Positions 36,816-50,898 of a stretch of 64,000 nt of DNA are shown in pieces (positions within the stretch are counted from its first letter, which is position 1; each line of letters begins with the position of its first letter). Below the pieces are notes generated by a model that saw only the letters and a list, made by a program, of their open reading frames with translations, made no database searches and was not told the DNA's origin. Source of the stretch: Puccinia triticina (lineage: Eukaryota); NCBI GenBank assembly GCA_026914245.1, contig CP110440.1:3410001-3474000 (forward strand), given 5' to 3'. Both the position numbers and the translations under genes were made by a program.

Positions 36816-39355
36816 TTGGTAGGAGGCACACCCGTGACCCTTCAGGGGCAAAGCCACCTTTGCCTCTATTTTTTTAAAGATAAATCTTGAAATTTATCCA
36901 ACTAGAGGCCAAGGCAGCTTTGCCGCTGCAAATTCAGGGTTAGGCCTCTACAAACTAATTACACAGCTCACCGTTATCCCTCTTTGCATTGGTAAATTCA
37001 ACACCAGTTTCCTAAGGGTGTTCAAAGTTGACTTTCATGAAATCAAATTTAAGCTGAAAAAATAGGTTCCAACCAAAAACTTAAAACAGAGCAAAGTTCT
37101 AGAATGTTACATAAAAAAATTTCACTCAAAAGTGTCATTATTTTATGATTTTGTGATTCAAAAGTTTTATAATTTCAACTCTCACTGATTTGTATGATCA
37201 AATGTTTATAAAACAACTTGGGTATTCAGAATCCTTCCCTTCCAACCATTCTTTTTGTGATAATCATCAGTAAAGTGTTGTTGAGTTTACCAATGTGAAA
37301 TGAGCTGTTAGCGTTATGATAGCTGATGCACAATTTCATCCTCCAAACAAAATCTAAATTTACACTTTGAGTGGTAGATCACTAAAGCAGACCAGCATCA
37401 ACAAACATAAAGAGATGCATTTTTCACAAACACATGTGGGTAGTCATCAACACAAGTTATATGCAAAATTAGGTAGTCAAAACATGATATTATACATGGT
37501 ATATTTGCTGGTCAAACTTGCCACATATACACAGGGAGGTTCCTCCTTCAACAATTCTGAACAAGCAGCATGTGAAATAAATTCAACACATTATCTGTGC
37601 AAAAAGACCTACCAATGACAAAAACTATCAAAATTATTGAATATATGGACTTCATACTTTGCAATATCATCATGCTGGAAAGAGCAAAAAAGGGGTATTC
37701 CAATGGATTTTGCATTGAGATTTCCACAAAAATAACTGTAAGGGATCAATTAAGTTCCTAATAGAAACACAGGCTGTGAAGGAGCCAACAAGATTAAGAA
37801 TGCAAAATGGCTAGGAAAGCAAAGATACAAACAGTAATGATGGGCTCACTGCTGGTGTTATGGAGGATGTAGCATCCCATGCCATAATTTTCCTTATATT
37901 TGCGGACAGAAAAGTACTGGATGCCAAAAAACAACGCATGCTGGTCACTGATGATTACAGACACCAGCAGCCTGGGGGTGGTGATGTGGCTCACAGGCAC
38001 CCGGTGAGCCAGCCAAGGTGCTACAAGCACAACAAGATGTTTGGAGAAATAGGGAGCAGTTGGGTAGCATCAAGAACAAGAACAAAAAGTTGATTGACAG
38101 GTGTCTGCGGTCAGCAGCAGTGCGGTGGAGGAGGAACAAGAATGGGGATGCAGTTATATTTGGGGTCAGGTGTTTTTGACAAGCTTGGAGAAGAAGGGGT
38201 AGCTGTTAGTGGCTGCGAAGAGGGACAACTCCCAGAGCTTGTTCTTGTTGATCTTTATGCGCGCCTGCTCTGCCAGCATCGCGTATCTGTCCCTCAGAGA
38301 ACCTTCCGACGCCAACGACGTCTGCAACCCCGCTCTTGTCCCTCCCCCACGACTACTGCTATTGGCGCTGCTGGTGAACGTAGAAAACTGGTCGTTAGGG
38401 TCCCAATCAAGATTGCTGCCCTGGATCTTGCAAATTCTTTTGGTTGGCAAGGGCACGAACAAAAGGTGTGTGTTGGTTTGCAAGGGCTCCCCGGCGGCGC
38501 CTACGGATTCAGGGACCGGAGATGGTGAATGCGAGCGAGGAGAGCTGGCGCGACTGGTGGATCTGATCCTGCTGGTGGCCGCATGAGTGCCCGCTCGGGA
38601 TTGTAGCTGAAGGCCTGTCTGTGGAGCTTCAGGTTGGGATGGAGTGAGTGCGTTCAAGATTTCCTGCAAAGGTTGGAGAAGGTTAGTGAAGCAGTAAAAA
38701 TTGAGAAGCATTGACAGGGGAAAGGAATGTGAGGCAAAGGAATGGCAGATGTGATGTACAAGTCTGATTCAGGTTGCGCCACGGTGGGTTGTTAGTGCAC
38801 GGCAATGATAGGGTGGGGTGGCGGTGGGTTGCAGATAGCAAAGGTGGATATGTACAATTTCATGGCTAGGGTAACGGTGAATTTGATTCAGAGAGAGTCA
38901 AGAGAAGGGCTGCAGTGAGTCTAGCAACTCTGAGAAGGAAAAACTGCTTAAAAGAGAGGCGGCATCCAAGTTTATCAATAACCCAGGGCAATTGAAGACC
39001 CTGCACTTCCAGCTATCCATCACCCTCAACCTCTGCTGTTGTACATGCGCAGTCTGAGGGGCAAAGAGTGGACCCCCCACGGGTCCGTAGCCTTAGCTGC
39101 TGGCCGGGGGCCTTCATGTCCATCCCTTTTGACCCACCCGCTAGACGCGGGCTGGGGGGCAAGCCTGAGTACACAGCTCTGCTGTTGTTGGGGTGCTAGG
39201 TTGAGATTTATTTTTTGAATGATTATTGTATGGATATTTGTGCAGCCATTTTTTTTGAAGTTTTAAATAAGGGCAAACCCTTGAATTTTTTTTTCTCTGT
39301 TGTTATTTTATAGGGGGAACCATTGATCTTGATTTTTACAATTCAGATAAAAATG

Positions 39356-40327
39356 TGTCAGCCTTAGAGTCATCACAGCTGACCTAAAAGCTGCCTGTTC
39401 TACCTTTGTTACATATAAATTACTTTATATCTTTTTCATCTTAAGAGATATCCCTGTTTTGACTTCATATTCTGTTTCCTCATGCAATTTTAACCCTAGT
39501 TACAACTTACCAATTCATTGTAACTATACTCCTTCCCTGAGTTACTGAGTTGTAGCGCCCTTGCGCAGTTGTGACGTGTCAGCGCTACTAGGCGCGCCAA
39601 ACCACATGTACATATGTAAATTACATAAGCAAACTGTGAAAATTTTCGTAGTCAGGATCCCCCTTGCCTGAGGCGGATCCACAGACTTCAGCACACCAGA
39701 ACCACCACCCAGATAACTCCAGGATCACCACCAAAGAGCCTACTATACTCCCAGTATACCTACCGTCACAGGCGCCTAGGATATTGACAGTAAGTAACCT
39801 CTTTCACTGAACCTTGTTTATCTCAGAGGTACAACTCTGTGTCTTGCTGGATCTGCCTCTTCTTCTTGCTTTGCTTCCTCCTTGATCACAGGGCTGTCCC
39901 TCCAAATCTATAGGCCTTTGCCTCCATCTTGATCACAGGGCTGTCCCTTCTTATCATCAGGCCTTTGCCTCAAAATCTAGGTTCAGGGCTGTCCCTCAGG
40001 TTTCCCATTAAGAACCTTGACTGTCCAGAGAGAAGTCTAAAAAAACTGTGGCTGGATTAAGACTTATCTAATCCAGATACCCTCCTGAGAGGAAGCTGTA
40101 GCACTTCTTGCACAGATTAGCAGCACTCTTCTGAAGAGTAGCATTGCCAGTGGACGTGCATTCCCACTAGAATAACCTAGTACTTCTCTTCCTTCTTATC
40201 CTGCTTGGTTTCTCTCTCTCTTTCTCTTTTTTTTCTATTATAGTTGTAATTTCTTTATCCCAAGAAATCCAACTATTGCCCCCCCATTTCTTGTGTCCTG
40301 CTGTCACTATAGAGACTCAGGCTCACA
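39356..40327 (+). mobile_element. Solo LTR (TG...CA, 972 bp), 4-bp TSD AATG
   Basis: AATG at 39352-39355 and 40328-40331; homologous to the inverted LTR at 47362-56550. Confidence 0.8.
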
Positions 40328-40509
40328 AATGTGTCTTTATTAATTAAACTTGGATGCAGTTGGAATAAAATGATTCACATCAACAAAATGAGAGTGTAGT
40401 GGCAAAGCCTCTTTGAAATCTAGTTTCCAAAATGAGAGGTTGATTCAAAAAATCTTTGTTCTATTAATTGACTGAAAAACATTAATTCTTTTACTTCTAA
40501 AAAATTATT

Positions 40510-40917
40510 TTAATTTGTGTTCATTAGAATTGATTCCAGTTCTTTCATCACAGAGGGTGGTGTAATGTATGTTGGAAATTTGGATGTTAACCTTATTTTT
40601 CGCAACTCAATTGCAACATAAACAGCTTCAGGAATGCTGAAAAAACCTTGCTGTGTGACAGCTTTATAGATCAGCATCTGAGCTGGATTGAATTTCTTGT
40701 GGTTTCCTTTTTTTAGTTTATAAGGGAGCTCAGCCCAACCCATGAGAGGTGGATGATCTTGAGTGTCCTTAAACAATAATATAAGAAACCATTCAAGAAG
40801 ATTTTGGTGATCATCAACTCCCAATTTTCCCTCTAGTTGTGCATCCGGTCTGACATGAGAAAAGTAGTGGTCAAGATAGTCTAAATACTTGCCAATCATT
40901 TTAGTCCTGTTCACCAC
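40510..40917 (-). other. Fragment of a lineage-specific hypothetical protein
   Basis: 135-aa ORF (NLLEWFLILLFKDTQDHPPLMGW) in AT-rich DNA; no recognised domain. Confidence 0.3.
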
Positions 40918-41959
40918 GCGATTTGCTTTATCTTTGGCTACTTTTTGTTCAGATGGTAATGGAATCTTTAGATAGGAGTTGTGATTTAACTCCTTCCCAT
41001 CATATGGTAACTTGAGTCTGTGACTTAAAGTTGGGCGATAAATAGCAATATATCCAAGTTTATTAAACCCTCTGAATCACAAAACAAAACTTCAAGGGTT
41101 TCCCCTACAAATCTTCAAAAATCACAAAAACAAAATCAAGGGTTTCCCCTTTACAACCTCCAGGAAAAAAAAATGAAGGGTTTTCCCCCTACAAATCCCA
41201 AAATCAACAAAAAAACCACAATATTACAACAACCAAAAACAGAGCAATAATCTGCACCCAGCCACCTAACATCAGCAAGCTGATTCACCATGGCCCACCA
41301 TCCATCCCTGTCTAGCAGGGTTAAAAAATGGTGAGAGGATGACCCCCAGCGCGCCGCATTGAAGGCATTATGCAAAGGGGGGCCACCGAGTAGAGCCCCT
41401 CAAACTGTGCAAGTGCAACAGCGGAGGGGGTTGAGGGAGAACCGCACGCTGGAAGTACAGCGGCAGAGGACGCCCTGGGAGGGGCACACACAAGCAGGAG
41501 AGATCCCTATTTTATAGATAATCGGGCACGACTGCCCTCACAATCCACCAGTGCGCTCAACTACAACATTCATCATACCTTGACAACTACGCCACCGCCA
41601 CACCGCCGTACCTCTGACCTCCGCGGCGCCTTGGCAATAATGCCACCGCCACGCTCCTGCCGCCATCCCTTGAATTTCTGACCGGTTACACTCTTGGTTG
41701 TTCGCATCAGTCAAACATATCAATAGAGTTCTTTGTGAGCTACATCGTTGCCATTGGCCACGCTTTATTTTCAGACCCCGACCGGCTAGCGAAAGGCAGG
41801 AAGGACAAAGAGCGTGCTCGTGGACATCCGGGGCCTCGGCCGACGTCCCTGGTTTTCTGTCCCCTGGATGCTGTTGGTTTCCGCGGTCCCAAGGCGAGGG
41901 ACGCTGTGAAGCAACTCATCATCTCCGAGCCCTCGTCATTGTTCCATCGCTCGTCCATC

Positions 41960-43030
41960 TAACTCAACCCCCGCAAACCTCGATCTGGATCCTGAAGAAA
42001 AACGTTGAATTGAGCGTCAGGAAAAGCAGGCGAAATCACGCGCGAAACTTTTTGGTGAACCGGTCTCAGCTCACAAAAAACCCGCACCTTCCCGCCCTTC
42101 CGCCAATGCCCCTCAGCGCAACCAATCTGCCTCTAAGGGTAAAGCAGAGGGAACCCTTCTTGCAACAGCTCCAACAGAGCATCAGGAACTCCTACAGCCA
42201 TCCCCGCTCGTCAACGGATAGAGCAAACCTTCAACCCAAGTGAAAAAAAAGCCTTTGAGTCTAACAAATAGGGACCGACGGACCATTGAAGAAATTGAAC
42301 AAGATATGAAACGGAAGAAAGTCGAAGCAAGGACTCAGGGCACCAGAGATTCGCAATCATCCTAAATTGATTCATACTTTACCAAAAAACAAATTCCCAT
42401 ACCCTTCAAATCCGCTGCGAGCAGTTCAACACTGAGGGTCGCTGACAAGAATCCCCGAGCTGGATCTGAAGTCGTCTTGGCTGGCAAGAAGAAGGCAATG
42501 AACGGCTTGCCTACTCCGTCGTCCAAACGTACTCAACTATCAATAAGTCTTCCTAAGGATACCAAACCAAACGGCCCACGAACTGTTCCTAAAGCAAGAG
42601 CAGGCTCACACAGCAGCAGTCGTAGACAGGACGCAACTGTCTCAGATGATGAAGATGATTATTCTGATGAAACCGATGGCATTTCTGATCATGGCGCAGT
42701 TGTGGCCCCCTCGGTAAGGGATGAGATTTGGAAGATCATGGGTAAAGATCGGAGGCAGTATACCGCGAAACCGATCTTCAGCGATGAAGAAGATGATATG
42801 GAGGCTGATGTGGATGATGTCCTTGAAGAAGAAGGCCGAGCTTCAGTAATCTTTATTTTCAGCTTTCTCATCTTGTCTTAATCGCAATGAAATTGACACT
42901 GTCTATATTTATTTTTCTCACCCACAGAGCTCGATTGGCAAAACTTGAGGATCAGCGAGAGGAGGAACGTCTGAGACAACACGAGCTGGAAAAGAAAAAG
43001 CGGCTCATGCAATGTCGTCTTTCGAAGTAA
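41960..43030 (+). pseudogene. SPT2: SPT2 chromatin protein pseudogene
   Basis: RDEIWKIMGKDRRQY...SDEEDDMEADVDDVLEEEGRA|ARLAKLEDQREEERL; stops at 42006 and 42363; last intron donor reads TTCAGT (42842) instead of GTCAGT. Confidence 0.75.
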
Positions 43031-44204
43031 ACTACTTTCTATTTCTTAGCTGTTAGTTTTTTTTTCTTCAATTTGTCCCTCAAGATTGTGTTTAGTGTCG
43101 TCTTCTTCATTGTTCATAGAATTTCTTGCCTTCCTCATTCTTTCTACTGTACATCTGTTCATACATTTTTTCGTTAATCTTTGTTCGCATCAACCGGCAC
43201 ACATGTATGTATGATCACCCCCGCCCCTCCCTCTAAATCTGTAGACAAGTGAAAGTGTCACTGTTCTTAATGTCCTTCAAATATTTCTTGCTTGGGATCA
43301 GTTAAGCATTTGTGATTCTGCTGGAATGAGCAAGGGCTGCTGCTTAGGATGTGAAAATGACTGTGGTAAATCAATGGTGGGTAGTTACTTTACTTTACAA
43401 TATCTGAGTTTTTTTTGTCAATTAGCTACTCACTGTTACTTTTGGGGTCATTATTGTTAGCAGTAACACACAAATAGTGCCATCATGTGTAATGTAATAG
43501 GGAGGCTCACATTATAATTTTTAAAAAAAACTTTGGAGCCCATTTTAGGGCCTTTATGAACAACTTTTTGAAAAGTGCTAAGCTATCCACCAGAAGACGT
43601 CCTGCTGGGTTACACTTCCGCTCACTAGAACCTATAGCATGTAGCTCTGAGGTGGGTGTTTCTCATGCTGAATACAATCATCATTCCAAACCACAACAAT
43701 ATTCCCTGTTCAGTCTACCAGGGACCCTGCTTATGTCTAATCTCCAACCACATTATCTTCTTGCTTATGTCGCCCCTCATTTGCTTACCTCTTTTCCCCT
43801 TTGTGATTTTGTATTTTTATCCTTAGGGGGCCATGCTCAACCATAATCCACAAGAGGAAAAATTAGATAGATCTTTCTTTTTTCTTGTATTCAAGAAGAT
43901 AACATGTCATTGGTCTGTAAGTGCAAGTGTATCATTAATAATAATCTTATGTGACAAAGACAAGAGTGAGAGAAAGAGAGAGAAAAAGGGGGATTTTGTA
44001 AATGTGGAGACAAAGACTAAGAGCAGCTTCAATGACAAGCAAACTTCACAGAGTCCCTTGCGGCTATAGGTCATTCCTCCCCCAGCAAGAAACAGAGAGC
44101 AATGGAAAAACTGCCAGCCAAGGCTTTGTGTTGTTGGCATGGCAAGCATTGAGGGTTCTGAGGTGGTTTGGTGGGGCTTGCAAAGAATTTGTTCCAATTG
44201 TGAG

Positions 44205-45556
44205 CTAGCAGAGGTTGAGTGGATTTAGGCCCTGCAGCGGCGAAGCCGCCTTGGCCTCTAGTTTATCTTCAAGTTCTGGATCATTTTGCTGTAAATAAAG
44301 CCCTAATTCAGCTTTGTTTCCTTGGTAAGTTTGGACCTTATATATTTTCTCTAATTCTTCTCTTTTATTTTCAATCTTCTCTTGGAGATCTGCGGCTGCT
44401 TCTCTGTCCTTGGAATTTTGAGAGGACATCAAATTTTGGGCCATCACAGCTTGAAAATGGAGGTCAGAGTCTTCTTTGGCTTTCAGTATTTCCCTGAAAT
44501 TTGGCCCAGTTATTGATTCCAATTTCTTTTTGTTTTTTTGTTGCCCAGTTTGATTTTTTGTGTGTATGGAACCCTCAAGCTTATCATTTTTTTTAGGCAG
44601 CTGCATTTTTTCCAATTTTTGACCCTCTTTTTTAGATTTGGAAATTAATTTCCACTTCCTAAAGCGTGCTTCTAGATTATTGTGAGCCAAACAAGTTTTA
44701 TCAGTTTGTAAGCAGTTTTTTTTTACACCAAACATCTCCAAGATGATTGATTAGTTTTGAAGATAATCTCTCTTACGTCGGGCAGTAGGCTTGGTTTTAG
44801 ATTTTACTGTAGGAAGTGATTGATGTAAGGATTGTTGATCCTCCCCCAACCATGTGTGAAAATTAAATTTGTCTTCTTTGAGTAATGGATTGGGGTTTTG
44901 ATGGACATTGTACACATCTTGAAGATCTGTATACATGTTTGAAACCAAATGGGTTCATCAGGGTATGCCCATTCACCATTAGCAAAAAATATTTCCTGAA
45001 AGGTGATAACCAGAATTTGAACTGACTGTTTTCTACATCTACACTTCCTGTGCTCAAGCTGGATGTTGGCTCCAATCCAAAACTGTTAATCAGATAGTTG
45101 TAAAAATTGGGAAAACTGTTGTGGAAGGATTCTAAAAAATGGAGAACACATCAAAAATCTCCTATAAATCCCATGACAAAAGGGAATGAAGAGCCCACCA
45201 CTTGGCACAGGGTTGTATAAATCAAAGTCCATATTATAAAAATTGTTTTCTTCTGATATTTTCATTGGTGAATGTGATGGTGAATTGCAGTTGGTGATTT
45301 CTCCAAGGCTTCCAAATATCTCTGAATCCATGTCGTGATTGATAGTTGGAAACATTCCATCATTAGTTGTGTTGACCATTCTAGAATGGAAAAGAGAAAA
45401 TCCCAACAAGATTCTTTGAATGAAAATCATGTGAATGGATTCCTTCAGGAGATTAAAAGTATTATCTTGTTTCTGATCTATGCTGTTGATTAATTTGGTC
45501 AGGGGTGAAAATTCCATGTCCCATTGTCCTTTTATGTTCCTCAATTGAAACCACAT
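44205..45556 (-). other. Broken hypothetical ORFs, possibly a decayed lineage-specific gene
   Basis: Consecutive minus-strand ORFs (156, 70, 65, 178 aa) with no recognised domain. Confidence 0.25.
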
Positions 45557-47206
45557 TTTGTGCTCCCTACTTGTGTGTTGCTCATACTATTCTCACCGAG
45601 TTAGAAAGGGGGCTGTAAGATAAGCTGTAGTTGCATAAATATTAGGTGTAGGTATAAAAAATCAAATCTTGCTGCAGCACTTTTGAAGTGTCAGATAGAA
45701 TCTCGCTCCAGCACTTTTGATTAAGTGTCAGATTGAGAGATTGTTGGAGCAATGATCAAGAATGTATACAGATTTTCTGGTGGACTTGGCCTAAAGGTTG
45801 AAGCAATAAAAATCCATGTTCTGAACATGGTTGGTGAAGTGCATCCAACAAAATTGCCCATTATTAAACTCTGAACACACAGAAGTGATACCTAATTGGT
45901 ATGCTTGCTTTGGCAAGTGGAATTAAAACCACTCCTTTTCAAAAATCATGAAAATATATTGGAGCTGTGATTGAAAAAGTGGCACTTCACCATTTTATTC
46001 CAACATTTCATCAACTTCTAGTACCAGACCAATGATTTTTCTTAGATGGAATTCCATCCCAAAACATTAACCCATTTTTCCTCAAGTTTAACATGACTGT
46101 CATGAGCTGGGTGGGCTGGCTATCCATGTTTGTAGCCTATAATTACTGAGAGCTGCATTTTCACCATCCAGCTTCACAGCAGGATTCAGTTTTTGCTCAT
46201 TTTTCTTTTCAGCTTGGCTGTGGGTTAGAGCATTCAAAATAGGGTTCCACTCCAAACCCAGTCATTTCAAAGCTACCCACCGGATATTAGGAATCAGGAT
46301 TGTATGGGTTTCAGGACGCCGCAGCTCCAATCCAAGCTCCAACTAGGTTCCAGTACATAATATAGCAGGGAGAATCAAAAGATTGAGACTTGCTAAGGGT
46401 TATAAATAAGTGTGAAGGAAGTTGAGAAAAAAAAAAACAAGCAGGCATTTTGTGTTGGTGTGATTTCCAGAAAGCCAATCTTTCTCCTCACATTCTGCTT
46501 CCAAGTAGGAGTTTATCTCCTTGTCAGGAAAGTTCAGTCTACACTTCTTTTGCTTGAATAGAAATGATCAGAGGTTGTTTGGGTTGGCTTGCAAGTCTCT
46601 CTCTTCTTCACAATTCAATTCCTTTTTGTGATTGACTGTCAAACTTTCTGCTTTGCCTCTGACCAGCTGGAAAATTTGTTCCTCTGATTTCCAAATCAGC
46701 AAACAAGCAACTTGGCAAGTTGGCTGGCCTCAACATTCATGAAAATTTGAAATGCCCAGTTGGTACTGTTCTCACCTCAATTACCCTACCTGTCCCAACT
46801 CAATCCAAGTCTCCTTGGGTTTGGTCTTGGGAAAGCCTTGAGCCAAGCCCAAGGCTTCAGATCAGAACCCTAATTCAAATTTGCAGTTTCAATTTCAAGG
46901 TTAGGGTGAATTAACCCAAACAAGCCTGATTGGGCATCCAGATTGGTGCCAGGCACCATTGGGTTGGCAAACAATAAGTTTTATTTCAGGTTAGCAATCA
47001 CTAAACTTAACAGCTGCTAACCAGAAATCAAACCTCTGGTGGTCCAATAGCCCTCTTGGATTTATGAATGTGGAAAAATGTGTTTTTTGCTTACAGGTTA
47101 GCCTGGAATTCCAACCTGGGTTTGCTAACCTAAGATCTAACCCAACCAATTTGAATGGTCTTAGGCTTTGGCATCTACAAAAAAAATTCTTTTGTTTTTA
47201 TGAGAG

Positions 47207-47361
47207 CAACAGTGGGCTGATAAACTAACTGTATTTTCAGTGTAGTGTATTGTTAGTTTTTTTCACTGCACTACACAAATAATACTGTTATACTTGATTT
47301 TCTGTCAATAACCATGCATCTTTTTGATATTATTCTTTTTGGCTGTGATTGCATTTTTAGT
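47207..47361 (+). mobile_element. Left part of a CAACAGTGGG-ended MITE, cut off by an LTR
   Basis: Homologous to 48000-48044 + 50841-50898 + 55627 onward; shows the empty sites for both MULE insertions. Confidence 0.7.
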
Positions 47362-47465
47362 TGTGAGCCCTTGTCTCTAAAGTGAAAAAAGGACACAAGG
47401 AAAATGGGCGGGCAATTTAGGGTTGGGCTTCTGGGATAAGAAATACAAACTGAAGTAGAGGGAAA

Positions 47466-47492
47466 AAGAGAGAGAGAAAAAGAGAGAGAGAA

Positions 47493-47551
<59 letters not shown>

Positions 47552-47615
47552 AAGAGAGAGAGAGAAAGAGAGAGAGAGAAAGAGAGAGAGAGAAAGAGAG
47601 AGAGAGAGAAAGAGA

Positions 47616-47649
<34 letters not shown>

Positions 47650-47666
47650 AAGAGAGAGAGAGAAAG
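47466..47666. repeat. Imperfect (GA)n microsatellite inside the LTR
   Basis: About 200 bp purine run. Confidence 0.95.
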
Positions 47667-48044
47667 ATATGATCTGGAGGTGTTCTATCTACTCAACAAG
47701 TGAGGATCCTCAAAGTAAACTTGAACAACCTGGAAAAAAATTAAGGAAAGATTTGCCAGACCAAACAGGGCAAGAACCTCTGCGTGCACCTAGGAAACGG
47801 TGTGGGGGCACAAAATAGTAAACTGATATGCTCTAATTTTTAGACTAAGCCTAGGTTTAACAGAGGAAGCTTTGATCTTGGTTAGGTTTGGGAAAAGAGA
47901 AGGGAAAAGAATCAATCAAGACACACAAATTTTCACTCTGAGATAAGCAAGGTTCATTGAAAGAATATACTTACTGTCAATATACTAGGTGCCTGTGACC
48001 AACAGTGGGCTGATACTAGCTTTTTTCACAGCACTACACAAATA

Positions 48045-50831
48045 GGGACAGGCTAAATTCACACCAAAGATTTACTTCATGCACACCAAAAATGGAGTGA
48101 ACAGTAGTTCACTCCAAAATTTTTGGTGTGCACATGTGTCCACTCTAAAATTTTTGGAGTGGATGATGGTATACTCCAAAAATCCCCAAAAATTGGAGTT
48201 CCCAACCATGCACTCCAAAATTTTTGGAGTGAACACTGGGGCACTCCAAAACCAGCACTCCTCCCATCATGAATGGCCGGTCTGGACTCTGCGCCGCCCA
48301 CAGTGTGAGAACTCCTTTGAGACAGGTGGCATACCTGCAAGGGGGAAATACCAGTTAAAATATTTCAAAAATGTAAGAAGCTATTACAACTGTTACAGGT
48401 GGTTTGAAAGACCTGTCCCTCTATGATACTACACAAGAGCTTTCACAACAAATTTATTTATTGTTGTGGCAAACTAAGGATAGAGAAAACTATGTGCAGC
48501 AGTCTCTTATGAGACCTAGATCAAACTTGAATTCAGCGGAAAGGGGATTTTGTATGGGAAATGGAGTTGGAGTGGTTTACAGAAGCCTTGAGTCAGATAA
48601 TGGAAATGAGTCTTAACGTAAGATATGTTTTATATGGTTTTATATGTTTGTGATATGAAAGTGGAGATAAACTGATACAAAACTTCTGAGAGAACTGATG
48701 TTATATATGAACTATTCAAAGTGTCTTTGCCCTCTTCCTTAACCTTCAGTTGAGAGCAAAATTGGTTAAGATCACTTTGACTTGTTAAGAGCACAAGTGG
48801 GTGATGCTTGCTACTTGACTACTTAGAACTACTCTGAGGCATGGAAGATGTTGATGGGCAACTTGATTGAGATCACACTACTGGATTTTATGTGGATGTG
48901 ACTTGTAACTCTGAGTGAGATGTGTGTTCTGGTTAGGATTGCCTGAGTGGCATGCTGAAACTGAGGAGGGGAAACATCCTCCTTTTATAGTAAAATGTGA
49001 GGGATTTTTGCTGGTGGGGATCCTTGTGAGGTATTTTTGCTGGTGTGACCACCATACAGGTGCCCATGTGGTGATGGTACCCACGTGGTTGTGGTGGTGG
49101 TGCCCATATGGTGTCCAGGTGGTTGTGGTGGTGGTGTCCATGTGGTGTCCATGGAGCCTACACAATTATGGAGGTGTCCACAGATAGAACCATGTCGTGG
49201 TGCATGGGTGGAGCCAAACAAAAACCCTGGAGGTGTCCACAGGTGGAACCATGCCTTGGTACATGGGCAGGGCCCAAACCACGCCACCTTTATACTATAA
49301 ATATGTACTTGAGTCTAATTCTATACTACGTACTATCAAAATATCTCTACAGTATGTAATTCTACTTATGAAAACAGTATAATCCTGGTAACTTTTGACT
49401 GTGTACAGCTAGCCTAGTGGTTCCAGTGAGTGACTAGGGGTTAAATGACCTGTAGAATTCAATTATGAAATAATACATCTAGAAATATTTCTCCTTCTCA
49501 ATAGTAAACTGTGACTTTATGTGATTTGATACTTGAAACACATTTGGCACACCACAACGGAGGGCAGTACATATCCCTCTTGATTACCGGCACAGACCGG
49601 TCATCAAGAGGGCTGTGTCTGTCCTCTTGATGAACGGGACGTACCGGCCATCAAGAGGACACACCCCTCTCAATGACCGGCACAGACCGGCCATCAAGAG
49701 GACACACCCCTCTCAATGACCGGCACAGACGGGCCATTGAGAGGAAACACCCCTCTCAATGACTGGGAGAGACCGGCCATCAAGAGGACACACCCCTCTC
49801 AATGACCGGGAGAGACCGGCCATCAAGAGGACACACCCCTCTCAATGACCGGGACAGACCAGCCATTGAGTGAGAGGACACAACCCCTCTCAATGACCGG
49901 AACCAACCGGTCATCAAGAGGACACACCCCTCTTGATGACCGCGACCAGCTGGTCATCAAGAGGACACGCCCCTCTTGATGACCGGGACGGACCTGCCAT
50001 TGAGAGGACCACCCCTCTTGATGACTGGGATGGACTGGCCATTGAGCAAGAGGAAACAAACCCTCTCGCAATGACCGGGACTGACTGGTCATTGAGAGGA
50101 CAGACACAGCCCTCTCAATGACTGGTAAAGACCAGGGACACACCAACCAACCGGTCATCAATAGGACACACCCCTCTTGATGACCGCGACCAGCTGGTCA
50201 TCAAGAGGACACACCCCTCTTGATGACCGGGACGGACCTGCCATTGAGAGGACCACCCCTCTTGATGACTGGGACGGACTGGCCATTGAGCAAGAGGAAA
50301 CAAACCCTCTCGCAATGACCGGGACTGACTGGTCATTGAGAGGACAGACACAGCCCTCTCAATGACTGGTAAAGACCAGGGACACACCCCTCTTGATTCC
50401 TGGGACCAACTGGCCATCAAGATAGGTGTGTCCTCTTGATGACCGGGACCAACCGGCCATTGAGAGGGGTGTGTCCACTTGATGGCCGGTCTTTCCCGGT
50501 CATTGAGAGGGTTGTGTCTGTCCTCTCAATGAACGGTCTGTGCCTGTCATTGAGAGGGATATGTACTGCCCTCCGTGGGCGGCGCAGAGTACAGACCAGC
50601 CATTAATGATGGGAGGATTGCTTTTTTTGGAGTGCCCCGGTGTTCACTCCAAAAATTTTGGAGTGCATGGTTGGGAACTCCAATTTTTGGGGATTTTTGT
50701 AGTATACCATTATCCACTCCAAAAATTTTGGAGTGGACACATGTGCACACCACAAATTTTGGAGTGAACTACTGTTCACTCCATTTTTGGTGTGCATGAA
50801 GTAAATCTTTGGTGTGCATTTAGCCTGCCCC
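48045..50831. mobile_element. Non-autonomous foldback-like MULE with long TIRs and internal 43-bp hairpin repeats; 9-bp TSD ACACAAATA
   Basis: GGGACAGGCTAAAT.../...ATTTAGCCTGCCCC, TIRs over 250 bp; TSD at 48036-48044 and 50832-50840; 244-bp internal duplication (ORFs 49933/50177). Confidence 0.9.
48304..49556. mobile_element. Probable solo LTR (TGTG...CACA, 1253 bp) interrupting the left TIR of the MULE
   Basis: TIR symmetry stops at 48303 and resumes at 49557; flanks ACAG/ACGG (4-bp TSD with one CpG-type change). Confidence 0.7.
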
Positions 50832-50898
50832 ACACAAATAATATCATTATCCTTGATTTTCTGTCAATAACAATACACCTTTTGATATTATTCTTTTT

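Noticed and set aside
37794..38711. Protein-coding gene or transposase
   Set aside because: Coding-like composition but no recognisable domain or consistent exon chain
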